A stretch of 64,000 nt of DNA, taken from contig NIVC01000099.1 in NCBI GenBank assembly GCA_002269645.1, forward strand, positions 62,001 through 126,000, in the 5' to 3' direction. The stretch comes from Macrostomum lignano (Eukaryota). Shown piece after piece: positions 11,194 to 22,204 of this stretch; position 1 is the stretch's first letter, and each line of letters begins with the position of its first letter. The position numbers were made by a program, and so were the translations under genes. Below the pieces are notes generated by a model, which was given only the letters and a program-made list of their open reading frames with translations, ran no database searches and was not told the DNA's origin.

Positions 11194-13534
11194 ACACTTT
11201 TTTGTTATCATTTCAGTCTCGCAACAAGGTGATTCAGTAGTAGACTCAAATGATCTGCTGATCCTATGGCGTATTTGTTGTAATGAGATATATTAGACTT
11301 AGAAAAGCATGAAAGTTACTTTAGCCAATGGATCAAACAAAAAAACTAATATAGGGACCTATAATCAAAAACATCATAGGCCTAGTAAATATTTTTTAAA
11401 GTAAAAAAATATTATATCAAAAATTAAAATGATTGTTTAATTTACCTATCCTATAAAATTTGCAACTTTCTTCATTTTCTAAAATTGTTCTATTGTCTTG
11501 CTATATAATCTTAATAATATAGTATAGGCCTATCCTAATCCCTATTGTTTACTTAATTGACTCAAGAGTCAAGAGTCAATATAAAAAGTCAAGAGGTAAA
11601 ATAAGAAAGAGAGAAGAGAGTGGAATTAGATAGAAAGAAGAGGGATAAAAATAGCTCTAGGACTGATAGGTCTGTAGGTCAGAAAGTAAGCCACTCCCTT
11701 CCCCATTCTCTCTACACAAAACCCCAATCCAGTACGTCGGCGGTCGACAAGCGATAAATGCATCGTTCTCGGTAAGTTAAAAATGATTGTTGTACGTCAA
11801 AACATTTTCTTTGAAACTAGAGCATCATAACAAAACTCTTAGAAAATGAATTCTTTTGCATTTTAATAACAAAAATAAAAAGATCACATAGGTTGCTTTC
11901 AAAACTTGTAAACTTTGTGACCATGTTAGCTTTGAAATATAATAGAGTATAAACGCAGAGATGAAACCGGAATTATTATGTATTAATTGATACATAAATT
12001 AAATGTTTTATGGTTAAGTAGAAGATTAAACATCACATGCCTTTTGGGAGCTATTTTAATATTTTGCCCCCGTAGCCCTCGTGGCCCTCGTGATTTATGA
12101 GTACACGAATAACTGCCTCAAAAGCATATTTATATAATCTCATTCTCATATAAAACATAGACAAATATTTTACGAGGCATTATTGAATAATTCTGATAGC
12201 TGGGGGTAGGGCCCGCTCTCAGCCTGACTGGCGCCGCCTGCTTGGCTTGATTGTACAGTCCTCTTTAGCCTAGTCTAGAAACTCTGTGTACATATATTAG
12301 TGCACTCCTAACTTGGAACTCCAAATTATTACTGTGGCGTAAGAGCCTGTTCAATGGCTAAGGCGCCGGAATTACTTATTTTAGTTAGTTAGTACGAGGC
12401 ATTATTGAATAATTCCAAATATAATCTTGGACAACGCACATAATGTCTCGGAAAATGTTTAAATATATGTTTTATTGAATATAATTGTTATGTAATTGTT
12501 ATGTAAGTCGTTAATAAAAATTCATTTTATATAATATATGCTACTATAGCGATTACGTTGAACATTTGACGAAAGGACAGCTAACTTGTCTTATGGCTTT
12601 AAGCATTGCAATATTAATGCACTTCGACAGAAAATCAGATAATTCATGTACGAGCCTCCGAAAAAGTAATCCTTGTTGGAATGCATGTACATGTAGTTCT
12701 TAAAAAATATATGCAATGTCAAACTTTTACGACTACGATTTGTGTGCTTACATGTACATGGATCTTGTACAGCTGCATGGTTATTACGAGTTTAGAGCTT
12801 TTGGTTATTATAGCGCTGTTGTCTATAAATGTCATGACATGGCCAGCCTCCTCATGCTATTAAAGTTGCAAGTTCAATACATTGATGTTTGATACATGAA
12901 AATAGTGTAATTTGTATCCCGACAATGACAGGGGTTCTGCAAATAAGTTATGAGATATATTTAGAGATTATATGCATGTGCTGCACATGCGAACCGCAAA
13001 TGCGGTGTTCTGAATAAACGATACATTTATAGATTTATTCGTCCCTGTATGGTGCCTGCGCATTGCATGCTTCGTGCAGTACACACGGTACGTATCAATT
13101 CGATTGAACGAAGTGAGCATCTATACATTTAAAAACACGTTCGAGATTAATAAATTCTGCTCTGTGAAACAGATTCCGTTCAAACCGCTAAAAACGACTC
13201 AAAAATACGTGCGTACTGTACGTGCCTGTGCACATGCTAGAAAATTAACAGACGACACCAGATTTTACGTACTGTACGTAAGGGTAAAAAAGCTGGGGGC
13301 TTTTGTACACGGCCCATACATGTAGGCCACACATGTACACATGTACGTGTACAACTGTACAAATACATGTACATATAAAACTTTTATAGCTCGTACAAGT
13401 ACAATAAAACCGCGAAAATGGATTTATAAAAATATTTGCAGCTCTAAAACTTTTATAAGCTCTTCAAAGCTCTTCAAAGAAGCGGAGAGTGTGCTAATAA
13501 GTTTGAAGTTCAATAAGTTAGCCATTACATGTAT

Positions 13535-16103
13535 TTATTGCTTACGGTATCGTCCGAAGAAGCTACTGTCAGAGTTCTGCTTCTGTTGCTGCTCTTCCTG
13601 CTGCTGCTGTTGCTGCTGCTGAACTTCTTCATCAATTCGCAGGTTCAAGCTCTCCCTCAGCTTGGTGCAGTCCGCTTTGTACTTCTCCTTGTCTGCTCTC
13701 TCTTGGGCGAAGTCTCGCTCATAGTCTTTTAAGGTTGACTGCAGCAGATTTTTTGTATCCTCAATTTGTTTCAGCTCCTGCTGAGCCTCCTCAAGCTTCG
13801 CCTGCAGCTGGGTCAGCCTGGTCTCAAGTCTCTTGCATTCGTCCTTCTTGCGACAAATATCCTGCTGCAGCTCTCGGTCCCCCTGCTCCAGCTGGTCCAA
13901 ACGGCGCTGCCGCTGTTCCAAGCACTCGCGCATTCGTTCAGCGGTGCTGAGGGCCGAGTCTCGCTGCTGCTGCGCCTGCTGCACCTGCTCCGCGGTGGAC
14001 TTGCGCTCCGAGTCCAGCGATGCGCGCAGCTGGCGGATCTGCTCGTCAGCTACCGACCGAGACTGGAAGTGGGAGGGATGGGAGAGATGTAGGACCATTT
14101 TTGTAATTAATGTTTTCCCATGCTATCTTTCGAGGCATCCTTGTGCATCCAAGCCACACCAAGCCAAGTCTCAATTTATCATCACCTGCTCCGCCTCCTT
14201 TCTCTTCAATGTCTCCTCATTCATTCTTTGATAGAGCCGCTCCTCTCGCTGTTTGAGCTCGGCAACGCGACCGTCGTGCTCATCGGCCTGAGCCCTATGC
14301 CGATCCAGCAGCTCGTCAACTCTCGCTCGGTAATTATTCTCCTGCAAATGTTGCAGCAGAGAGCAATGAAGTATCTAGGACTTAACTATGCAGTTAATTG
14401 ATGCTCCCTAAGAGTCCTCAGTCAAGAAGCCACCTACGCTTGTGCATGCGCATGTACTTAGAAGCCTAAGTTGTCGAAGTTAACGAACACCGTCAACCGC
14501 CTTACCCTCTCCTGGCAAGCCGACAGCTCATGCTGCTTGTCAGCAAGTTCCCTCTCGGCTGCAGACACCTTCCGCTGCTTATCTGCCAGTGAATCTTCTG
14601 CAACCGACAGCTTCCGCCGATTATCTGCCAGTGCTTCTTCGGCGGAAGACAGCTTCCGTTGCTTATCTGCCAGTGCTTCTTCGGCAGAAGACAGCTTCTG
14701 CTGCAAATTTGCTTCCGTCTCGGCCAGTTTTTTCTGCAGCCTTCCATCCGACTGTTCCATTTCTTCCAACTTCTTCTGAACTTCAGTCAGCGACTTTCGC
14801 AGCGCCTCCTCGGTGCTTTGTTGCGTGTCCAGCTCTCGCTGCAGCCGTTGGACCTCCTGGCTGGTGGAGGCGGCTCTGTCCGATGCCTGCTTCAGCTGCT
14901 CCTTACAGGCGCTGAGCTTGGCCGCCTTGGTGTCCGCCTCCTTCCGAGCCATGCCCAGCTCGATTGCCTGGCTTTCCTTGGCTTTGCTGTAAAAAAATTG
15001 AGATGAGTTTTAGGTGGACACTTCAGGAACGCTGCTTTAAATAATCAGACTGTAAATAAATCGATGATATGGTAGATCGTGTCAAACCGTGCATCCTCAC
15101 CTCAGCAGATTTCGCTCCTCTTTCAGCTCGGCCTCTAGTTTGAGCATCCGATGTTTCAGCCTATCTGACTCGCTACTGCTCTGCTCTCGCCTGCGGGAAA
15201 CGGGTGGCTCAATTTTCAGCAATGTTCCGGACATGGTCAGAAATATAGGACTTGAGTAATAAAAAATTCCCAAAAGAGCTGAGCACCCACTGCGTGTTTC
15301 GCTCGGCATTGAATTGTTCCTGCAGCTGCTCCAAGCGCAGGTTCAGCACCACGACTTTGCGATTTGCATCGGCGAGTCTTTGAAAAGGGTGTCGATATAT
15401 TATGGAACGTTTAATCGTTATAAAATATTTGATCACACATAAAACAAGAGTAAAAACAAAAATGCCCCACTCACTGCTTCTGGAGGTCATCATTCGTCGC
15501 CTTCAACGCACGAAGCTCTTCGCTCCCGAGCGCAGCTGGAGCTCCTGCTGATGGACGCGCTTCCACTTTTGGCTCGAGCGCACTTTCACCTTGGGAAGAA
15601 TCTGACTGGAGCTCGTGCAGGAGGTCTTCGATTTGTAAATCATAATCTGACTTTGTCTTTTCTAGCTGATGCTCGGCCTCAGCCAGCTTCTGATTGAGCT
15701 GCTCCAACTCTGCCGCGTGTTTTGCCTTCAAATCGTTCTCGGACTTCAGGTTGAAAGCGCAGATGGCGTCCATCTGCTTCTTGCACGTCTGCTTCTCCGT
15801 TGCCAGCGCCTTCTCATGCTGCTCCACCAGAGCCGCGCGGTCAGCTTGGTGGGAGTTTTGAAGCTGCTCAATTTCAACTCTGTGCTTTTCCTGCTCAGCA
15901 GACAGATCTTCTTTAAACTGAGCGCTCAATTCGTCTCTCTGCTTTTCTAGGGCCTCTGCATGCTGACGTTTGAGCTCGGCGATCTCCAGCTTCTGCTGCT
16001 CAACTACCGCTTCTTGAGTTCGGTTTCGCTCTTCCAGCCTAGCTTTTTCTGCTTTAAAATTCTTTAGCTGAGCAGCCAACTGTTGAATTGGATTGGCAGT
16101 CAT
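13535..16103 (-). CDS. Multi-exon long coiled-coil protein of unknown function
   Basis: ATG at 16103 (MTANPIQQLAAQLKNFKAEK). E/K/Q/L-rich heptad exons at ~16103-15475, 15377-15291, ~15250-15100, ~14985-14500, ~14340-14175, ~14050-13535, with GT-AG ends. Contains 14-aa internal repeats (LSSAEEALADKQRK). The 3' end is uncertain. Confidence 0.72.
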
Positions 16104-16802
16104 GGTTGTACTTGTTGAAGGGTGGTCAGGCAATCAAGTTTTATGTAGCGAGCTCAAATTCAGCTACCTGTCCTACTCAAATATTCAGTTTTCGCTTTAA
16201 AATATTTGGTTATTTTGTAACCAATTCCCCAAACGAGAATTGAGGGACCTACAAGGCACTAAAAGCAGAGTAGCTTCGTATGCTTTTTACGTCATAAAAT
16301 TTTCTGGAAATAAGGTACTGTCTCAGTACAGCAAGCAAGCACTGCACTTCATTGGTCTGAGAGCGCGCATAAGCAAAGCCACAAGAAGTGTACTTCTTGC
16401 GCGGAGAACAGCCGAGTGTACACTGGCCCCGTCTGTTTCCAATTTAACGCACTGCTAAATGTACACACCTAGCCGAGGACTGTACTGTTTTAGTGCCTTG
16501 TTTCTGCATTGCTGCATTGCGCGGAAAACTCACTGGTTTAAACTGGTGCCATTCTCCCTCATTTTTGATAAACAGATCTGAAGTGTAGTTCGCGGGTCGG
16601 CTATCGATCAAACACATTTTAGTTGAATTCGGGTTGTGAAATATAAAAAATTGGTTTTGGGAGGCAGGATGCCATACATGACTTTTTCATGAATAGATGC
16701 TGGATATACTGAAACTGCAGCTAAGCTTGCTCTTTCTCTGAATTAAAAACTTATATAATTACTTAATTAATATACAATTAATATTCAGCTATAGCGCGGC
16801 GC

Positions 16803-17026
16803 ATCTGAAGGCTGCATACGGCTGTTCAGTCCAAGGACTGGGGGGTCGCCACACACACCTTCAATTACCCCAGCTAATGCTGGCACCCATTTTACAGCTG
16901 AGTGAACTGAAGCAATGCAGAGTTACGTGTCTTGCTCAAGAACACAAATTGTTCCAGTGGGATCAGGAATCGAGCCACCGACTTTCAAGTCGGGAGTCCG
17001 ACGCTCTGACTACTAGGCTACAATCC
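16803..17026 (-). mobile_element. tRNA-derived CORE-SINE, second copy
   Basis: Reverse complement aligns along its whole length with 4163-4394 (head GGATTGTAGCCTAGTAGTCAGAGCGTCGGACTCCCGAC, CORE block, tail CAGCCGTATGCAGCCTTCAGAT). Confidence 0.85.
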
Positions 17027-17446
17027 TCTCCCCCGAACTTAGCTCTTCCCCGAACCAGGGAAGCAAACCATTAGTTCGGGACCGAGAAGGAAGCCTCGAA
17101 CTAAACCATTTAAATTCATCTCAGGATACCTCATCGTACTAACGCGGTCTTTGCTAGCAGACGCGCTGTTTCGTACATGATTTTTATGTCAGGAAGTAGT
17201 TCTGCCAAGCTCCACAAGTACATTTTTTTATAATTTATCAACTGACATCAACTGCGTCCACTACGCAGTTCTATTAATAGCCATTACCGGCGCGGCCTCC
17301 CCGCGGCAAGGCCGTGGAACGGCTACGGAGATTCCGGGCTAAGCGCCAACAAACAGCTGTGGCTTGCAGTGAGCCGACTCGATACTTTGCAACTGCAGCA
17401 CCCTGATCACCAATCTGCCTAATCCATTCTGATGTGAACGAGAAAA

Positions 17447-19562
17447 ATGAGTGAGTAGATTCCATACTAGCTATCAAATGCTGGCAAAGTTTGGGATGCA
17501 TATATCATCAATCTGCCTTTTAACACATCAGCATTATGCAAAACTTCGTATTAAATGCCTCAATAATAACTAAACTGAACCTTCAGCAATTTACCTGGTT
17601 GCCAATGGTAAATCGAAGAGTGACTTCAAAGACCTCCTGCAGGATCATCTAATCAGGGAGAAGCTGACCGTTAGCATTGAAAGATCGTGGCCAGAAAGTG
17701 CAGAGCAATGGATGGAGCTGCTGGAAGACGTCAAAGCCGGAGAGGACAACCTGCTGGTGTTGATCTTTAACAGAGCTCCGGACAGTGAGAGTAATTTGAC
17801 CAGAATCTGCAGCTTTGTCATGGACTTGGCAAGTTCATTCAATTGCGTTTACAATGCATATTCGTTTTGCTGTGCACAGCATCAACCCGACTGGTTGAAT
17901 CAACGCTCTGCTTTTTAGTGTGTGGAACTTCGAAGCTGCAGAGTTTACCTGGTTAAACAATTCAAAGACTGCGGCAACAATGCCTTCAAAGTGAACAGAC
18001 GAGCTAGGAAAATGCTGCAGTACCTTGACCTGGAGGCTGAGAGTGGAAGCCATCTCAGATTGGTCGAAGCTATTAAAAAAGGTAAGAATTACGACTTCCT
18101 CGGAGATTAAAATTAGGAGAAAAGGCGATATGGGAGAACGGGTTTCTATTTTCACTTGCACAGGTCCTGGCAGCTTCAGCAGTCGCGGGGAGAGCTTTGC
18201 CTGGCAGCTGGTGACCGGATTTCTCTGCCACATCCTGCCGCTCCTTTCCCAGCGGGTCAGCAGTCAGCTGGCCGATAAAGCGGGCACCGCTCTGCCGGAG
18301 GCTTTACGAAGATTCAATGCAAAAGGCGTGGATGCCAGACGGGTTCTCGTTGTGCCAAAGTACTTTCTGCTGCTCAGCAAACCGGTTGCTTGCGGCCAGA
18401 AACAGGCGGAACTGTGCCCCGATCAGCTGTTCCCCGGCTGCCAGAAAATCAGCGACTGGTCGTCCGAGCTGGAGTTTGACAGTCCCGGATTCAAGAAGCG
18501 AATTCCGGTGTACCTGACCGAGCTGAGAGAGCCACTGCCAAGCGGACACACCCACGCCATGATCTTCTGCGGATTTGCCGCGCCCATCTTCATCATGCGG
18601 CAGCTGGAGCTCAGCAAAAATGAGCGGGGAGAAATATTTGACGACTTCGTATGCGAACTGAGTTACATTCTGAGTCACCCAAGCTCAAGCCAGCTGTTCT
18701 GCGACTTGGGTGGAGCAGCCACGGGGGCCACGGGCTCGGAGTCCTCGACAGTCAGCCTGATAGAGCTGGCCGGCACGGGCGGTGATTCCATAAGAAATCA
18801 AGTTTTGGAACGAATCGACGAGTACTTGGAGAAGCGGGACTGGGATGCTTGCGACGATTTAAGAGACGAATGGGTCCTCGTTACTTCTTTGATGAATTTA
18901 TCCGTAAAATTCAGCTCGTCCTCGTTACTTCTTTGATGAATTTATCCGTAAAATTCAGCTCGTCCTCGTTACTTCTTTGATGAATTTATCCGTAAAATTC
19001 AGCTCGTCCTCGTTACTTCTTTGATGAATTTATCCGTAAAATTCAGCTCGTCCTTCACAACCGAAGTGAAGAGCTCTGTCCGCAACTGGCTTTCAAGACT
19101 TGGCTTCAGAACTAACGAAACTGCGGTTGACTCGCCACTGCTTCCGAGCCAGAGAGTTCTGCTACTGCTGCATATCCAAGATCTCGAGTCAAATGACGAG
19201 CGTATGCACACCCAAATTCGACATGCTGTTGAGAATGTAGGCAGCTCAGTTCAAGCTGAAATGTCACGTTGACAACCCAATTAGACCTTTCGCTTGGCTG
19301 ATGCTCTCGAGCTTTAACTTTTCAGATGCATCGCAGTGATTGCCAAAACATTTTCGTCATCATAGAGACAGCTCCAGGAGAGCACCAGGCTGCCTTCAAA
19401 TCCCTGCCGAACATTCTGCGGTGCCTTCCTGACAAATGCACAGCCGCGGTGACCGGCTTGAAACAGCTGAGCTCGCTGAAGTTTTCGTTCCCTGATGGAA
19501 CTCAACGCCTGGCAGGGTTTAGCGATCTGATCAAAGCTTTTAGTAAGATTTTAAACTTCTAG
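17447..19562 (+). CDS. STING: Soluble STING homologue: N-terminal TIR/SEFIR-like domain + STING cyclic-dinucleotide-binding domain + putative second TIR-like domain
   Basis: Model: exon 1 17447-17450 (ATG A), exon 2 17587-17828, GC-AG intron, exon 3 17919-18081, exon 4 from 18164 (read straight through it stops at TGA 18934-18936; the frame resumes to 19236 if the 44-bp repeat is collapsed or spliced), exon 5 19326-19562. All junction phases agree. STING matches: GESFAWQLVTGFLCHILPLLSQRV vs [32 protein letters not shown] vs GDRAGIKDR; FCGFAAPIFIM vs VLEYATPLQTL; LSKNERGEIFDDFVCELSYILSHPSSSQLFCDL vs [33 protein letters not shown]. No transmembrane helices are present. The STING domain is well supported; the TIR assignments are inferred from secondary-structure pattern. 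Confidence 0.85.
18875..19054 (+). repeat. Perfect 44-bp tandem repeat, 4 copies, inside STING exon 4
   Basis: TCCTCGTTACTTCTTTGATGAATTTATCCGTAAAATTCAGCTCG starts at 18875, 18919, 18963 and 19007. Confidence 0.97.
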
Positions 19563-19567
19563 GAATC

Positions 19568-19765
19568 CAGGGGCTTTAGCACCAGGGGCTTTAGCACCAG
19601 GGGCTTTAGCACCAGGGGCTTTAGCACCAGGGGCTTTAGCACCAGGGGCGCCAGCACCAGGGGCGCCAGCACCAGGGGCTTTAGCACCAGGGGCGCCAGC
19701 ACCAGGGGCGCCAGCACCAGGGGCGCCAGCACCAGGGGCGCCAGCACCAGGGGCGCCAGCACCAA
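19568..19765. repeat. 15-bp minisatellite (ggggctttagcacca / ggggcgccagcacca)
   Basis: About 13 tandem units just after the STING stop codon. Confidence 0.95.
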
Positions 19766-19859
19766 AGTAGTTGTTGGGGAACTGCTAAAATTTATAGCCA
19801 GTTTTTCGCCTGTCTTTCTGGGGAGTGGAGGCCCCTCTTGGTGCCTTGGCAACGCCCAT

Positions 19860-20345
19860 GAGATATGTTGATGAGCATTAAGACCTTAAGGCATTCCATT
19901 TCAGAGCTGGACTCGAAACCGGACTGTGCAGATGAATGTCTGCCTCTGACTTCCATGAGCTTCGCAATGGCGGCCAACTGTTGGTTCGGCTTTGCGAATC
20001 GATTGCTGCAGAGTGAGTTGAAACTTAATAATAATATTCATCAAATACACTCGCAATAATAAGAATAGTAATAATAATTATTATTATTCGATTTAAGATG
20101 CAAATTTCGGGTCTCAAGGCCATTAAGTCTTGAGTCAATGGGCAAAACACCTTGTCCTCTGAGTAAGATTTTTTTAAAATCGAAACTTTATCCGATATTT
20201 CCTGTTCAAACTTATCACGGGAGCACTGGGAAATTTCCCGCTGCACTTAAAAAGGAACTGAACTTCACTTTCTACCCCGCATGGCATTTCGGGCAGGTCT
20301 TCTTCTTCTCGTAAGGGATCTTTGGTCTCGCAGTCCTTGTTTCGC
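19860..20345 (-). CDS. Possible exons of a small hypothetical gene, tail-to-tail with STING
   Basis: Short open frames flanked by splice-like signals (RNKDCETKDPLREEEDLPEMPCG; REISQCSRDKFEQEISDKVSILKKSYSEDK; NQQLAAIAKLMEVRG). I could not build a phase-consistent full model. Confidence 0.3.
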
Positions 20346-20516
20346 TAATCTAAGCGGTGACAGGGTGCGATTTAATTCTGGATTGGAAATTTCCAGGGCA
20401 TACCTTTTGACTGAGTTGCATCAGTAGTATAGAATAAGGACAGAATTAAGTCTTGAACTCAGTTTAATTAAATTCTAAAGTCAGCATATGTTGAATATAG
20501 CTCGTACGGTGTGGCA

Positions 20517-21610
20517 CCGCCTCCGGCCTGCCCCACCCTGCCTCCGGCCTGCCCCAACCCGCCTCCGGCCTGTCCCAACCCGCCTCCGGCCTGTCCCAAC
20601 CCGCCTCCGGCCTGTCCCACCCTGCCTCCGGCCTGTCCCACCCTGCCTCCAGCCTGCCCCACCCTGCCTCCGGCCTGTCTCATCCTGCTTGCCTCCGGCC
20701 TGTCCCACCCTGCCTCCGGCCTGTCCCACCCTGCCTCCAGCCTGCCCCACCCTGCCTCCGGCCTGTCTCATCCTGCCTCCGGCCTGTCCCACCCTGCCTC
20801 CGGCCTGTCCCACCCTGCCTCCGGCCTGCCCCACCCTGCCTCCGGCCTGCCCCACCCTGCCTCCGGCCTGTCTCATCCTGCCTCCGGCCTGTCCCACCCT
20901 GCCTCCGGCCTGTCCCACCCTGCCTCCAGCCTGCCCCACCCTGCCTCCGGCCTGTCTCATCCTGCTTGCCTCCGGCCTGTCCCACCCTGCCTCCGGCCTG
21001 TCCCACCCTGCCTCCAGCCTGCCCCACCCTGCCTCCGGCCTGTCTCATCCTGCCTCCGGCCTGTCCCACCCTGCCTCCGGCCTGTCCCACCCTGCCTCCG
21101 GCCTGCCCCACCCTGCCTCCGGCCTGTCCTACCCTGCCTCCGGCCTGTCCCACCCTGCCTCCGGCCTGTCTCATCCTGCCTCCGCGGCCTGCCCCACCCT
21201 GCCTCCGGCCTGTCTCACCCTGCCTCCGGCCTGTCCCACCCTGCCTCCGGCCTGTCCTACCCTGCCTCCGGCCTGTCCCACCCTGCCTCCAGCCTGCCCC
21301 ACCCCGCCTCCGGCCTGCCCACCCTGCCTCCGGCCTGTCTCATCCTGCCTCCGCGGCCTGCCCCACCCTGCCTCCGGCCTGTCCCAACCCGCCTCCGGCC
21401 TGTCCCACCCTGCCTCCGGCCTGTCCCACCCTGCCTCCGGCCTGTCCCACCCTGCCTCCGGCCTGTCCCACCCTGCCTCCGGCCTGTCCCACCCTGCCTC
21501 CGGCCTGTCCCACCCTGCCTCCGGCCTGCCCCACCCTGCCTCCGGCCTGTCTCATCCTGCTTGCCTCCGGCCTGCCCCACCCCGCCTCCAGCCTGTCCCA
21601 CCCCGCCTTC
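20517..21610. repeat. ~20-bp C-rich minisatellite (ctgcctccggcctgtcccacc)
   Basis: Directly visible, ~50 units with variants. Confidence 0.97.
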
Positions 21611-21611
21611 A

Positions 21612-22204
21612 GGGCCTCCCTCTCACTGATTGGCCAGCAGACAATCAGCGACGTGGGCCAGACCCCACCATTTTCCTACGTTTATATCGATTTTGGTAAG
21701 CTTAAATATTTACGGCCAGCATGCCCAATAATTCCAGGCATGAACGCCAGCACCGGCCGAAATTCAAAGCCGATGTTCGATCCGCCCTACTGCTTTGTGA
21801 TCCCATCAAGCGGCCGGTTTCCCGACGAAAACCAACTCTACGATCAACTGTACAGCATTGGCGTCCGCTGGAGCGTTTCGGAATTCCGGCTGGAAGGCAG
21901 ACGCTTCACATTTCGCGTGCACCGATGGGGCGACGTCAGCATTGCATTCGAAGTGCCCGCGTCGGTGCTGTCGATACATCGACAGGCCGACAGTCGCATC
22001 GGCGGCGTCCGAGCGAAGAGTTTGAGCAGCCAGCTGGCCGAGTTCGGCGCAGAGCTGGACAAGTACTGCGCAAATAGCGGCGGCTGGTTTCGAGTGATTC
22101 GGTGGGATGACAGCGTCTTGAGAGTTGGCGCAGAATGCCCCGACTTGAGCCGGGTAGAAAGTCTTATGAGCTGCCTGGGAGAAGCGTGCAGTATCCGCCC
22201 GTGA
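21612..22204 (+). CDS. Hypothetical protein, last two exons
   Basis: Exon ~21612-21695, intron 21696-21737 (GTAAGC..CCAG, phase 1), exon 21738-22204 encoding MNASTGRNSKPMFDPPYCFVIP...LGEACSIRP* with GC-rich codon usage. The first exon was not identified and I recognise no family. Confidence 0.6.

Noticed and set aside
12171-12415. 23-bp direct repeat TACGAGGCATTATTGAATAATTC (12171 and 12393) resembling a mariner-type terminus
   Set aside because: Both copies are in the same orientation, I found no inverted partner and there is no transposase remnant, so an element cannot be defined.
17916-17918. Stop-codon readthrough or pseudogenisation of the TIR-STING gene
   Set aside because: The TAG is more simply explained as the acceptor of a phase-0 GC-AG intron.
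20468-21699. Pro-rich (ACPTLPP) and Gly-rich (GQAGGRV) ORFs
   Set aside because: All frames stay open because of the C-rich minisatellite; there is no signal peptide or unique coding sequence.
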